From the IMG/VR virus record IMGVR_UViG_3300020385_000009: a DNA stretch of 20,000 bases. One strand, given 5' to 3'. Each line of letters begins with the position of its first letter. Positions within the stretch are counted from its first letter, which is position 1. The position numbers and the translations under genes were made by a program. Below are positions 1-8,574 of the stretch, piece after piece. The notes under the pieces were generated by a model, which was given only the letters and a program-made list of their open reading frames with translations, did not search any database and was not told where the DNA came from. The stretch comes from an uncultured virus (IMG/VR IMGVR_UViG_3300020385_000009) (lineage: Duplodnaviria > Heunggongvirae > Uroviricota > Caudoviricetes).

Positions 1-338
1 ACATAAACATTCCCTGAAAAAGAAAACATCTTACCTACACCAAGATCCATTTGTTCTGTATCTAGTCCTAAATTAGAACCAAGGTAAACAAAATAACCAT
101 TTACAAAGTAACGTGCGTGAATATCTATTTCTAGATCACCATCTACTTCTTGATTAGCGGCTGCGCCAACCATTAGGTTATCAGTTAAACCATACCCTAT
201 TGTAGGGGTTACAGACCATTCCATCCATGGTTTGTTTGCAATATCGCCAGTACCTACGTACCAGTCACCTTTTTCCTGTGCGTTTACTCCAGCTACCATA
301 AGCAGTCCTAAAGCTAAACTTGAAATCATTTTTCTCAT
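1..338 (-). CDS. Secreted outer-membrane beta-barrel protein, Bacteroidota-like; 3' end runs off the window
   Basis: Absent from the ORF track. Manual translation from ATG at 338: MRKMISSLALGLLMVAGVNA-QEKGDWYVGTGDIANKPWMEWSVTPTIGYGLTDNLMVGAAANQEVDGDLEIDIHARYFVNGYFVYLGSNLGLDTEQMDLGVGKMFSFSGNVY. Sec signal ending VNA|Q, followed by alternating amphipathic strands with aromatic and Gly residues. Confidence 0.8.
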   Translation of the reverse strand, partial: MRKMISSLALGLLMVAGVNAQEKGDWYVGTGDIANKPWMEWSVTPTIGYGLTDNLMVGAAANQEVDGDLEIDIHARYFVNGYFVYLGSNLGLDTEQMDLGVGKMFSFSGNVY

Positions 339-467
339 AATTCTTGTTTTCGTTAATACTAATTTAATTGTGAAAAATAAAAGAGATAGGAATTGTCCCT
401 TTTATGCTGTGTATGTGATTGAATATCTCATAATTTTATATTTGTCATAACCTTTTTTCTTGTTCGA

Positions 468-499
468 CATACGTACAACAAGATTTTATAAAAACCAAA
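468..499 (-). promoter_or_regulatory. Bacteroidota sigma70-like promoter upstream of the beta-barrel gene
   Basis: Minus strand TTTG (499-496), 20-nt spacer, TACGTATG (475-468); one mismatch to the TTTG-N19-21-TAnnTTTG consensus. Confidence 0.5.
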
Positions 500-517
500 T
501 TTTTTGTGGATTGTTTT

Positions 518-1132
518 TTAACACTTGCAAACTCCCGTGTTATCACATATGATATCGCGGATAATAGTGTTTACATTGTTGTATTGATATGTTGACTTTT
601 CAACGCCTTCTTGCAATGCTCTACCTTTTGGCGTCATAAACGCACCTTGTGTAGATGGTGTGGATACAAAGTCCCAACATAATAATTCAAAGTCATCTTG
701 AACTTCAACGGTACCTTCATTGACATTGTCTTTTACCGAACCCATACCACGAGATGAAATACCAACGGTAATTCCGTTTCTAAACAGTTCTTTTAGTATG
801 TTACCTGCGGGCGTTGACAATATTTCTACTTCACCCATAACATCATCACCATCCCAATATACTTTAGTAATGTTGTGTGATACGTTTTGTAAATTTATTA
901 CAGATGATTCAGGGTGATCTAATTCACCTAATGCACGACTTTCTCTAACAGGACCATTTACATAATTTTCGATTTCTCTTTCTAAAATTTCTCTAGGATA
1001 AATACGACCATTTTGGTTTTTAGCTTCTGCACGTTGGATAACGCCAGTAACTACTAATGGTGAATTTTTACTAATAGATTCTTCTATTATTTTTCTATCT
1101 ACTGTAAATGGTATGTGTTCTGTTAATAGCAT
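518..1132 (-). CDS. gp21: Prohead (capsid maturation) protease, T4 gp21-like
   Basis: Motifs NQNGRIYP, ALGELDHP (catalytic His), GISSRGMGS (catalytic Ser) and WDFVSTPS; lies downstream of the portal. Confidence 0.93.
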   Translation of the reverse strand: MLLTEHIPFTVDRKIIEESISKNSPLVVTGVIQRAEAKNQNGRIYPREILEREIENYVNGPVRESRALGELDHPESSVINLQNVSHNITKVYWDGDDVMGEVEILSTPAGNILKELFRNGITVGISSRGMGSVKDNVNEGTVEVQDDFELLCWDFVSTPSTQGAFMTPKGRALQEGVEKSTYQYNNVNTIIRDIICDNTGVCKC

Positions 1133-1136
1133 AGTT

Positions 1137-1691
1137 TTAGTTTGAAAATTCTCTTAGTTTGTTTTCTAAATGTTTTAGTCGAGCACCTAATTCGTGTATT
1201 TGTTTATTAGTTGATTTTAAAAAAGTACCTGAATTCATATCTAATTCTGTTTTTAAGCGAAAATTATGTGCTACAATTCTTTCTATTTCTTTAATCATTT
1301 TGTTAACTTGTCTAATACCTCGAGCTATTTTTTGGCGAGGTGAAGATTCAGTGTTACGTTTAAAATCACCGTATGAAACTTCGTTTAGGTCGTTTTTTCT
1401 TTTTTTCTTAAATGCGTTTGGTGTAGCGTATCCTTCTCCTGCTCCTGCGTTAAATGAAGCACCTGTGCCTGTTGTACTCATTTCATCTAAACCATCAAAC
1501 TCTCTTTGCTTAAGAGCCGCCATAATAGCATAAACAGCATCTTGTTCCCCGTACCCATATTTTTGAGCCATCGCAGCTATAAATTTATTTAATGCTTTAG
1601 ACACTTCGGGGTTTAGAGATTCAGATAAATTAGATTCGTCTAATTGTCTTTGTTTGGATTGCCAATCGTGTATGTTAAATGGTTTACTCAT
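1137..1691 (-). CDS. Hypothetical head-associated protein (possible prohead core/internal protein)
   Basis: 184-aa ORF between portal and protease; several LxE sites (LDE, LSE, LDE, LNE), Gly/Ala motif EMSTTGTGASFNAGAGEGYATPNAF, C-terminal coiled coil. Confidence 0.65.
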   Translation of the reverse strand: MSKPFNIHDWQSKQRQLDESNLSESLNPEVSKALNKFIAAMAQKYGYGEQDAVYAIMAALKQREFDGLDEMSTTGTGASFNAGAGEGYATPNAFKKKRKNDLNEVSYGDFKRNTESSPRQKIARGIRQVNKMIKEIERIVAHNFRLKTELDMNSGTFLKSTNKQIHELGARLKHLENKLREFSN

Positions 1692-1978
1692 GATTTTCTT
1701 CTTTTGTATCGAGAAAATTTATTTCTCAAATTTTTAGCCATTATTAAAAGCTCTCTTGCTTCTGGGTCTTTTTGTTGTGCTACTAAATCTTGTAATCGTT
1801 TAACAGCTTCATCTATTTCTTTGTAAGTACGATCAAAGTCTGTTTTATAATCTACGTCCCAACTTATTTGACCTGTTTCTGGGTTGGTACCCGTTTGTTT
1901 AGTTGTAAAATCTTGGTCTTCAGTTAAGCGAATAAAAGTAGATTCTTTAACATTATATATGTCTTTTAAACTAACCAT
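1688..1978 (-). CDS. Hypothetical protein
   Basis: 96-aa ORF overlapping both neighbours, consistent with translational coupling. Confidence 0.7.
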   Translation of the reverse strand: MVSLKDIYNVKESTFIRLTEDQDFTTKQTGTNPETGQISWDVDYKTDFDRTYKEIDEAVKRLQDLVAQQKDPEARELLIMAKNLRNKFSRYKRRKS

Positions 1979-2813
1979 GAATTGATTTGAGTTCGTTTAC
2001 TAATTCATAATAATTAAGTAAATTACTAACATTATCATCATGTACAGAAGATTTTTTGCAAAGAGGTTTAATTAAATTTTGGGCCTCATTAATTTTAATT
2101 TTAACAACTTGATCTGTAACTGTATTTGAGTATTTGGTTAGTTGTTTTTTAACGTCTTTAATTTCTGAATTGATGTAAGTTTTTAAAGCTGGGCTATTAC
2201 TAACAGCATTAACATATTCTTGAAGTAAAGTTTTTTGATTTTCTCCTAAACCTTTATACTTTTCATTAAATTTTTCAAGTAATATTTTTTGTGTAAGTAG
2301 ACGTGTATTTTTATCTTCGTGGTTATATGTTTCCATTACAACATTCTTTTTAACTTTTTCACTTGGTGTTGTTAAATGTTCAATTAATTGAACTTTAGAA
2401 TCTACGATTGATAAAGGGGTAGCATCTTTATTTTCCGTAAGGTTATAAATAGATGCCATTGTTTTATAATTAGTAATTTTAGCTTTAAAAAAATCGTTAA
2501 GGTCATATGTTGACTTTAATTCTTTAATTAAATTATATTTTTCACGTCTTAATCGAGAACGATTTAATTTGTTATGTGCTTCTATAAGAGTATTAACTAA
2601 TATAGTAGCTTTGTTTTCGTCCTGATATGATTTAGTAGAGAGGGCATTGTATATTTTATATTCTTTAAGTAATTCCGACTTAGAGTTAAAATATTTTTTG
2701 AGGATTGACAAGGCCTTATTATTCCCACCTGAAATAGTGTCGGAGGTTATCTGCCTTGTTAATAATTCAAACAGTATCCCAGTATTTTTGTACTTAGAGT
2801 GTTTTATTTTCAT
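1971..2813 (-). CDS. Helical hypothetical protein immediately downstream of portal (possible prohead core/scaffold-associated)
   Basis: Long ORF; likely start is the ATG at 2813 (MKIKHSKYKNTGILFELL) rather than the non-ATG start at 2825; preceded by an ATATTTAT motif. Confidence 0.75.
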   Translation of the reverse strand: MKIKHSKYKNTGILFELLTRQITSDTISGGNNKALSILKKYFNSKSELLKEYKIYNALSTKSYQDENKATILVNTLIEAHNKLNRSRLRREKYNLIKELKSTYDLNDFFKAKITNYKTMASIYNLTENKDATPLSIVDSKVQLIEHLTTPSEKVKKNVVMETYNHEDKNTRLLTQKILLEKFNEKYKGLGENQKTLLQEYVNAVSNSPALKTYINSEIKDVKKQLTKYSNTVTDQVVKIKINEAQNLIKPLCKKSSVHDDNVSNLLNYYELVNELKSIHG

Positions 2814-2836
2814 TATAAATTGCAATTTATCTGAAT

Positions 2837-2844
2837 ATAAATAT
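2837..2844 (-). promoter_or_regulatory. Putative phage late promoter motif ATATTTAT
   Basis: The same 8-mer recurs in short intergenic gaps at 4704, 12427 and 18588, with a variant at 6311. Confidence 0.55.
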
Positions 2845-2848
2845 ATAA

Positions 2849-4687
2849 TTATTCTTCAGGCTTAATGTTTTTTTCAGATAAGAGACCATTTTCGTCACCT
2901 TCTTTTAAGACTTGTTTTTCCTGTTTAATTTTTTGTAAAGATGATTTTAAACCATGATATACTGATTTACTAGATGTACGTCCTTCAGCTGCGATGTCAG
3001 CTTTAGTTCCTTGTTTACCTAATGGATCTCTACTAAAATTAGAATCTTCTGTGCCATAATTTGAAACACTTTGTTTAGGAGGACCAACTGGATTTTCATC
3101 GTATCCTGTTGGTACTTGATTTGGTCCTACACCTTTGTCTCTTTTATTTCCATACAATGAAGCTAAATCGTGAGGTGTACCATATGATTCGCCTGATTCT
3201 GATGGGTCATTTCCTTCATTTTCAATTTGTGAAACTCTAAAGTTATGCATTGCGTCTTGAACCATTAGATCTTTTTCTTTATTGTATTGATCTGGACTTA
3301 AACCAAATAAATTTTCATAAACCCAATCACGAGACATTACTTTATTGTCTAACATTGATTGTGCTACATCCATTTTAGCACCATAAAGTTCAGTTTTTTC
3401 TTGTTCATAAACAATAGATGGAGTAGTTAATTCAAGAGTAAAGTCAACTAATTTTTCATCTGTAAAACCTTGTGAATAAAGGTGTACTAATGCTATTTTA
3501 GTTAATTCTGATTCTATAATTCTTTGAACACGTTCTACAGTACGAGCAAAACGAACATCCATAGATGCTAATGTAGATTTACCTTCAACACCTTCTTCAT
3601 ATCCTAAGTATGGTTTAGGTATTTTAAGAGCAGCCATCATTTTGTTTTTAATGTATTCTATATCGGTAGTTCCATCATAATCTAAACCTTTTGTGGTGTC
3701 GATTTTAGTAGCTGAATCATTTCCTCTAACTGGTACATAAAAGTCTTCAGTCATGTTTTGAACATTAAACTTCATGTTATAATCACCTGTTTGTTGATCA
3801 ATATGAGGTGTTTTTTTCATTTTATTGACTGTATCCGCCATAAATTGTTCTACTTGGTCAGGAGGGATAGCACCTACATTTACATAGAATACTCTTTTTT
3901 CTGGAGCTCTCATTATACGATGAATTAACATTGCATCTTCCATCAACATTAATTGTTTAAATACTTTACGAGCAGGTTCAAGATATGAACGTCCATAAGG
4001 TAAATAATTAGAATCTGTTAATAAACGAAAATGGGCAACTTCGTAATTTTCTAACGTAAATTGATCTCGTCTGATTGTGTTGGTAGCACCTGAAGCTAAA
4101 CCATTAGGGTCTAATGTGAATTGAACGTATGCTGGGTTTTCAGGATCTGTTCCTTCTTCTCTTACTACTTCATATGTTGATAAAGGTAAAACATTGTAAA
4201 CACCAAATTTTTCAGACACTTCTAATTTAAGATAAAAATCACCATACTTACACATGTTTCTAACCCAAGTTGCTAGGTTAAATTCAATGTTAAGTACATC
4301 ATAAAATAAATTATGTAATACTCGTCTTACATTTTCATCTGATGAATTAATATTTAATACATCACCATATTGATTTCTAATTGTAGTTTCATCAGAAATA
4401 ATGTCTAAGGCAGCTGCAATAATTGGGTCATGATCCATAGCTTCATAATCACTATAAAGCTGAAGACGCATTGATTGATAATTAAGAGTAGGATTGTATT
4501 GTAAAGATGAACCCACAGGTTTGTGTAAACGTGTAAATCTATCGTATAATGAGTTAGAGGCCAAATTCCCATATTTTTGAATTTGACCTGAATCCATTAT
4601 CTTTAATTGTTTTCCACCAACGTTACGAATTATAACGTCATTTGAAAATAATCTTCTTAATCTTGAAAATAAACTAGTGTCTGCCAT
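2849..4687 (-). CDS. gp20: Portal protein, T4 gp20-like
   Basis: Motifs YGRSYLEPARKVFKQLMLMEDAMLIHRIMRAPEKRVFY, EDFYVPVRG, ALKIPK and DVRFARTVERVQ; adjacent to terminase. Confidence 0.95.
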   Translation of the reverse strand: MADTSLFSRLRRLFSNDVIIRNVGGKQLKIMDSGQIQKYGNLASNSLYDRFTRLHKPVGSSLQYNPTLNYQSMRLQLYSDYEAMDHDPIIAAALDIISDETTIRNQYGDVLNINSSDENVRRVLHNLFYDVLNIEFNLATWVRNMCKYGDFYLKLEVSEKFGVYNVLPLSTYEVVREEGTDPENPAYVQFTLDPNGLASGATNTIRRDQFTLENYEVAHFRLLTDSNYLPYGRSYLEPARKVFKQLMLMEDAMLIHRIMRAPEKRVFYVNVGAIPPDQVEQFMADTVNKMKKTPHIDQQTGDYNMKFNVQNMTEDFYVPVRGNDSATKIDTTKGLDYDGTTDIEYIKNKMMAALKIPKPYLGYEEGVEGKSTLASMDVRFARTVERVQRIIESELTKIALVHLYSQGFTDEKLVDFTLELTTPSIVYEQEKTELYGAKMDVAQSMLDNKVMSRDWVYENLFGLSPDQYNKEKDLMVQDAMHNFRVSQIENEGNDPSESGESYGTPHDLASLYGNKRDKGVGPNQVPTGYDENPVGPPKQSVSNYGTEDSNFSRDPLGKQGTKADIAAEGRTSSKSVYHGLKSSLQKIKQEKQVLKEGDENGLLSEKNIKPEE

Positions 4688-4703
4688 TTGTTTTTATTTA
4701 ATA

Positions 4704-4711
4704 ATAAATAT
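4704..4711 (-). promoter_or_regulatory. Putative late promoter motif ATATTTAT upstream of portal
   Basis: Recurrent intergenic motif, 16 nt upstream of the portal ATG. Confidence 0.55.
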
Positions 4712-6300
4712 TATAGAAGCCAAGTTAGGTCTTCATCTTTCCCATCACCTATATCCATTGACCATCCAGCACCTCTTTTGTTAGTACCACCTGTATAAAT
4801 AGCAGGAGCGCTTCGTGACCAATTACCTAATGCAGCTTTTGTAATATCTATTCCTTGTTGTGCAAATTTTAATGCTGTGTCTCTTACGTAACATGATGTA
4901 GCTAGAGACATTACTAAATCATCATTATATCCTAATTGTGCTTCTGGGCGACCACTTCTCCAAATAAATGTACGAAGTTCTTCCATTGTACGTTTACATT
5001 GAATTATAATTGACTTTTCTCTCATGTAAGCGTCTAATTTTCCTATTACAAGAGGTCGTGTTTTTAAAGACATTGTAAATCCAGGAACCATTCTGGACTT
5101 ATCCATTACATCATATCCTTTTTGTAAAAATGCTTCTGCTGAGGTGGCTCCATCCCCTTTAGGTGAATAATATAAATTTGGATATCCTCTGTCTATTATT
5201 ACTTGGATTGTATTCCAACCTATATTTGCATTTTCAACTACAAGTAATGCATTGTTATATTCTGTAGCTACAGCAATAAGCATATTACCAAATTCTTTTG
5301 TACCAATTTGGGCTTTAAATGTAGCTATTTGTTTACATTCTTCAATGTCTATAATATGAAATGCTGAATAGTCTTTACTGTCACCACGAGCAACATCAGC
5401 TATAACCATGTAATTTCTTGCGTAATCTGGGTATTCCCAAACATGAAAATTACCACCCATTCCTCTTTTTTCTACAGGATCTTTTATAAATGTTTTATCA
5501 TAATAATTTAAAAGATCAATATCAATAACTGTATTACCTGAGGTTGTAAAATCGCAATCACATTCTTGGGCTGCCATTCTGTTACCTAATTCAGCTTCTT
5601 GTTGGTCTCTCCATTCTTGATTTCTTTCTGGATGTACTGTCCAAGGTAATCTAATTGTAGTAAAGCCATTTTCGTTATTTTCGGCTTTAACCCACATACG
5701 ATGGAAAAAGTTACCAGTACCATTTGGGGTTGATAACACCATAGCACCACCACCCGTTGATAATGTTTGTTGAGATGATGCCCAAATTTCTTCAATACGA
5801 TTTTCTTCAATAAAGGCTGCCTCATCAATAATTAGAAAAGAAATTGCTTCTGATCTACCAGCATCACTTGCTGCTGATACTGCTTTAATTTGAGAACCGT
5901 TTTTGAGTCGGAGTGCTAATTTGTTTTTTTCAACAAAACCAATTTTAAGCCATGATGGTAATTCATCATACATAAATTTTACCTTTGTTACCAAGTTTTT
6001 AGCTGTGTCTTGCTTAGTTGCAATTACAAGTACGTTTGTGTCTCTACTAAATAACATTTTATGTAAAGATTTACCTGCGGCTAATGTTGAAATACCTAAC
6101 TGTCTAGACTTTAAAATAATATTTCTATCATTTTTATCTAATACAGATAATGTTTTTTCTTGGAAAGGATACAGATTAAAATTAATTCTACCTCGAGTGG
6201 GGTGTTGTATCATGCAATATTTCTTCATGAAATATACAGGATCTTGAGCACATTTAATGTACTCTTGTTTTATAATCTGTTTTATGTTTTGTTGGGCCAT
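4711..6300 (-). CDS. terL: Terminase large subunit, T4 gp17-like
   Basis: LYPFQ (Q motif), KSRQLGIST (Walker A), FLIIDEAAF (Walker B), LSTPNG (motif III); nuclease motifs ADVARG-DYS, VVENANIG and NDDLVMS. Confidence 0.96.
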   Translation of the reverse strand: MAQQNIKQIIKQEYIKCAQDPVYFMKKYCMIQHPTRGRINFNLYPFQEKTLSVLDKNDRNIILKSRQLGISTLAAGKSLHKMLFSRDTNVLVIATKQDTAKNLVTKVKFMYDELPSWLKIGFVEKNKLALRLKNGSQIKAVSAASDAGRSEAISFLIIDEAAFIEENRIEEIWASSQQTLSTGGGAMVLSTPNGTGNFFHRMWVKAENNENGFTTIRLPWTVHPERNQEWRDQQEAELGNRMAAQECDCDFTTSGNTVIDIDLLNYYDKTFIKDPVEKRGMGGNFHVWEYPDYARNYMVIADVARGDSKDYSAFHIIDIEECKQIATFKAQIGTKEFGNMLIAVATEYNNALLVVENANIGWNTIQVIIDRGYPNLYYSPKGDGATSAEAFLQKGYDVMDKSRMVPGFTMSLKTRPLVIGKLDAYMREKSIIIQCKRTMEELRTFIWRSGRPEAQLGYNDDLVMSLATSCYVRDTALKFAQQGIDITKAALGNWSRSAPAIYTGGTNKRGAGWSMDIGDGKDEDLTWLL

Positions 6301-6310
6301 ATTACATGAT

Positions 6311-6318
6311 ATACATAT
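6311..6318 (-). promoter_or_regulatory. Variant late promoter motif ATATGTAT upstream of terminase
   Basis: One mismatch to ATATTTAT, within a 19-nt intergenic gap. Confidence 0.4.
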
Positions 6319-6319
6319 A

Positions 6320-6853
6320 TTATAAGGAAACTAGAGTATCTTTTATTTGTTTTATACGATCTTTTGTTGGTCCATTTATTTTAACTAAGTTTTTAATTCT
6401 AAACTTATTTTTTTCTATTAATAATGAGATATTTTGATCAATTAGTTTTCTATAATCAGAATTAGTTTCTCTTACCCCATTATCTTCTATGTCTACGCCT
6501 TCAGGGCTAACATAAAATATATAATCGTATTCATGGAGCATGTTAGAAGCAAAATCACAAAAATGTTGTGCTTCTAAATAATTCATTGATTTAGAACATC
6601 TAGCAAATGCCATTACATCAAGAATTGTTCTATCTGTAATAATTTTTTCTTGCATTAATTCACTTGCTCTTTCAGCTAAAAATACAGATTGTCCTTTAAC
6701 TGTAGAATCTGTATTTAAAGGTATACCCATGTCTCTAAGATATTTAGATCGTTCTGTTCTAAAAGTATAATTTTTAAATTCCGGTAATTCTTTTAAAGCG
6801 TTTACGAGTGTTGTTTTACCGACACTCATTGTTCCACATAATCCTATTTTCAT
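6320..6853 (-). CDS. P-loop nucleoside/nucleotide kinase, NadR/AAA_28-like
   Basis: N-terminal Walker A GTMSVGKTT, IITDRTILD (DR motif), YDYIFYV and EDNGVR lid motif. Confidence 0.8.
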   Translation of the reverse strand: MKIGLCGTMSVGKTTLVNALKELPEFKNYTFRTERSKYLRDMGIPLNTDSTVKGQSVFLAERASELMQEKIITDRTILDVMAFARCSKSMNYLEAQHFCDFASNMLHEYDYIFYVSPEGVDIEDNGVRETNSDYRKLIDQNISLLIEKNKFRIKNLVKINGPTKDRIKQIKDTLVSL

Positions 6854-6854
6854 A

Positions 6855-7115
6855 TTATAATCTTGCTGTTCCTTTTAATGAAGGATTTTTATACCAAGGT
6901 AGACCTGCTCGTTCTTTTCTCATTTCTTTCCAATCATCTAATGTACATTGAAAACCATGTAAATGATATTCTTTAATCTTTTTTTCTTTGTTAATTAAAG
7001 CTGGACCATCCCAATTGTGTAGTTTAGTAACTCCATCTATTGTAATAACATATGCTATTGTACCGTCCTCTGGTTTAACTAATTTTCTTGCTTCTGCAAA
7101 TACATTTTTTGCCAT
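6855..7115 (-). CDS. Hypothetical protein with one LHxxDGPA-type motif
   Basis: 86-aa ORF packed tightly between neighbours; contains KLHNWDGPALI. Confidence 0.7.
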   Translation of the reverse strand: MAKNVFAEARKLVKPEDGTIAYVITIDGVTKLHNWDGPALINKEKKIKEYHLHGFQCTLDDWKEMRKERAGLPWYKNPSLKGTARL

Positions 7116-7118
7116 AAT

Positions 7119-8456
7119 TTAATTATTTAAAATTGATTCAGCAACATAAGTTCCTTGTGCTCCTGATACCGTAATTCCACGTGCTGATAATGCATCACCT
7201 ACAAAATGTACTTCAGGAAACCTAGTTAATGATAAATTATCATAATCAACTAATGGTTCAGGTGACAAATATTTTACTTCAGGCATATAAACACCCCAAT
7301 CACTTCCTAATGTTGGAAATACGCGTTTCATATCTTCAATAAAATCTTCAATGTGTAAAGCATACTCACCAATTGCATCGTATAAAATGTCCATACTGTT
7401 TACAACATGACATTTAACATAATCGCCTTCTGATGTTTTAGACGGTACTCTACTACTTGGTGAGTAAAATGTTCCTACACCATCATGTTGTAATTTTTCT
7501 ACTGCTGCTCTTGACCAATCAAATGGTGTGTCTATACCTTTAATTTCCATTAAAATACCAAAATTAGTCATATCATTTCTAAATGATGGATCTTTTTTAG
7601 CATGACCATTGTAACTTACATCTCCGTAAGTGTGTTCAGCTGCAACGTAAGCTGCATTGTTGTTTGTACAGAATGAACGTAATGATACACCTTTGTCTTC
7701 AAATTTCTGATATAATTTAAAATCGTAACTTACATCAATTAATTTTTGAAAGTGTTTTTGAGGTGCTTCAAAACGTACACCAATTTGTACTGACTTTGGT
7801 TCTGTAGGTAAGTCATATTGTTCTGCTAATTGTTTACCAAAATCAATTCCTGATTTACCAACACCAAATATTAATTTATCATATTTTAATGATGTAGTGT
7901 TTACCCAACGTAAATCTCCTGGTAATTCAGCACTATCCATTTCTGCTGTGGTAGGATAATATACTTCTTGTTTATTAAAGTTGATATTTGTAACTTTAGT
8001 TTCCCATAAGAATTCAACACCATTGTCTACTAAATGATTATACCAATTTTTACCTATTTCATGTAAGTAATCTGTACCAACATGCCATACTGGAAATAAT
8101 CTTAAACCAAAGTGTGGTTTAATAAAGTCAGGTTCTGCTTGTGGATCTGAACATTGTACTTCTTCTGGTTTAGGATGGAAACGTTTAAAGTTGTTTATAA
8201 CTTCATCAAATAATTCCATGGCTTTATCTTCACCACAGTATTTTGACAATTGTCCACCAATTGAAGTATGGTAAGTTAATTTACCATCAGACCAACCACC
8301 TGCTCCTAAAAAGCCTGTCATTACTTCTTCAGGCAATCTATCGTATGGATTTTTACCCATATCGATAATTGTAATTTTACCTTTAAAGTTGTTGTCTACA
8401 AGTTTTGTTGCGGCGTTAACACCTGCTACACCTGCTCCTACTATTACTACATTCAT
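7119..8456 (-). CDS. FAD/NAD(P)-dependent oxidoreductase (COG2509-like uncharacterised flavoprotein)
   Basis: Rossmann motif VVIVGAGVAG at the likely start (ATG 8456), GFLGAGGWSDGKL, IGVRFE, RSFCTN and C-terminal HFVGDAL-RGITVSGAQG. Confidence 0.88.
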   Translation of the reverse strand: MNVVIVGAGVAGVNAATKLVDNNFKGKITIIDMGKNPYDRLPEEVMTGFLGAGGWSDGKLTYHTSIGGQLSKYCGEDKAMELFDEVINNFKRFHPKPEEVQCSDPQAEPDFIKPHFGLRLFPVWHVGTDYLHEIGKNWYNHLVDNGVEFLWETKVTNINFNKQEVYYPTTAEMDSAELPGDLRWVNTTSLKYDKLIFGVGKSGIDFGKQLAEQYDLPTEPKSVQIGVRFEAPQKHFQKLIDVSYDFKLYQKFEDKGVSLRSFCTNNNAAYVAAEHTYGDVSYNGHAKKDPSFRNDMTNFGILMEIKGIDTPFDWSRAAVEKLQHDGVGTFYSPSSRVPSKTSEGDYVKCHVVNSMDILYDAIGEYALHIEDFIEDMKRVFPTLGSDWGVYMPEVKYLSPEPLVDYDNLSLTRFPEVHFVGDALSARGITVSGAQGTYVAESILNN

Positions 8457-8472
8457 AATGATTATTTTTTTA

Positions 8473-8504
8473 TTAATATACGAAAAAAAGTGACCCAATC
8501 CAAA
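8473..8504 (-). promoter_or_regulatory. Bacteroidota-like promoter for the oxidoreductase, overlapping the terminator
   Basis: TTTG (8504-8501), N20, TATATTAA (8480-8473); the TTTTTCGTATATT string is shared with the site upstream of primase. Confidence 0.55.
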
Positions 8505-8516
8505 TGATAGGGCCAC
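8483..8516 (-). terminator. Rho-independent terminator
   Basis: GTGGCCC-tatcatttggatt-GGGTCAC stem (one G-U pair) followed by T7, at the end of the small-gene cluster. Confidence 0.75.
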
Positions 8517-8574
8517 AGATCCTGATTTATTTTTAATGTCGTCTGGCTATGAATCAGACTGAATGTTTGTTATT

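Noticed and set aside
232..450. Plus-strand 72-aa ORF
   Set aside because: Antisense shadow of the minus-strand beta-barrel gene and its leader.
5586..5828. Alternative-frame minus-strand ORF inside terminase
   Set aside because: Terminase is intact in its own frame; there is no sign of a frameshift or independent function.
8457..8516. N-terminal extension of the oxidoreductase given in the ORF track
   Set aside because: It overlaps the terminator and promoter; the Rossmann motif begins at ATG 8456.
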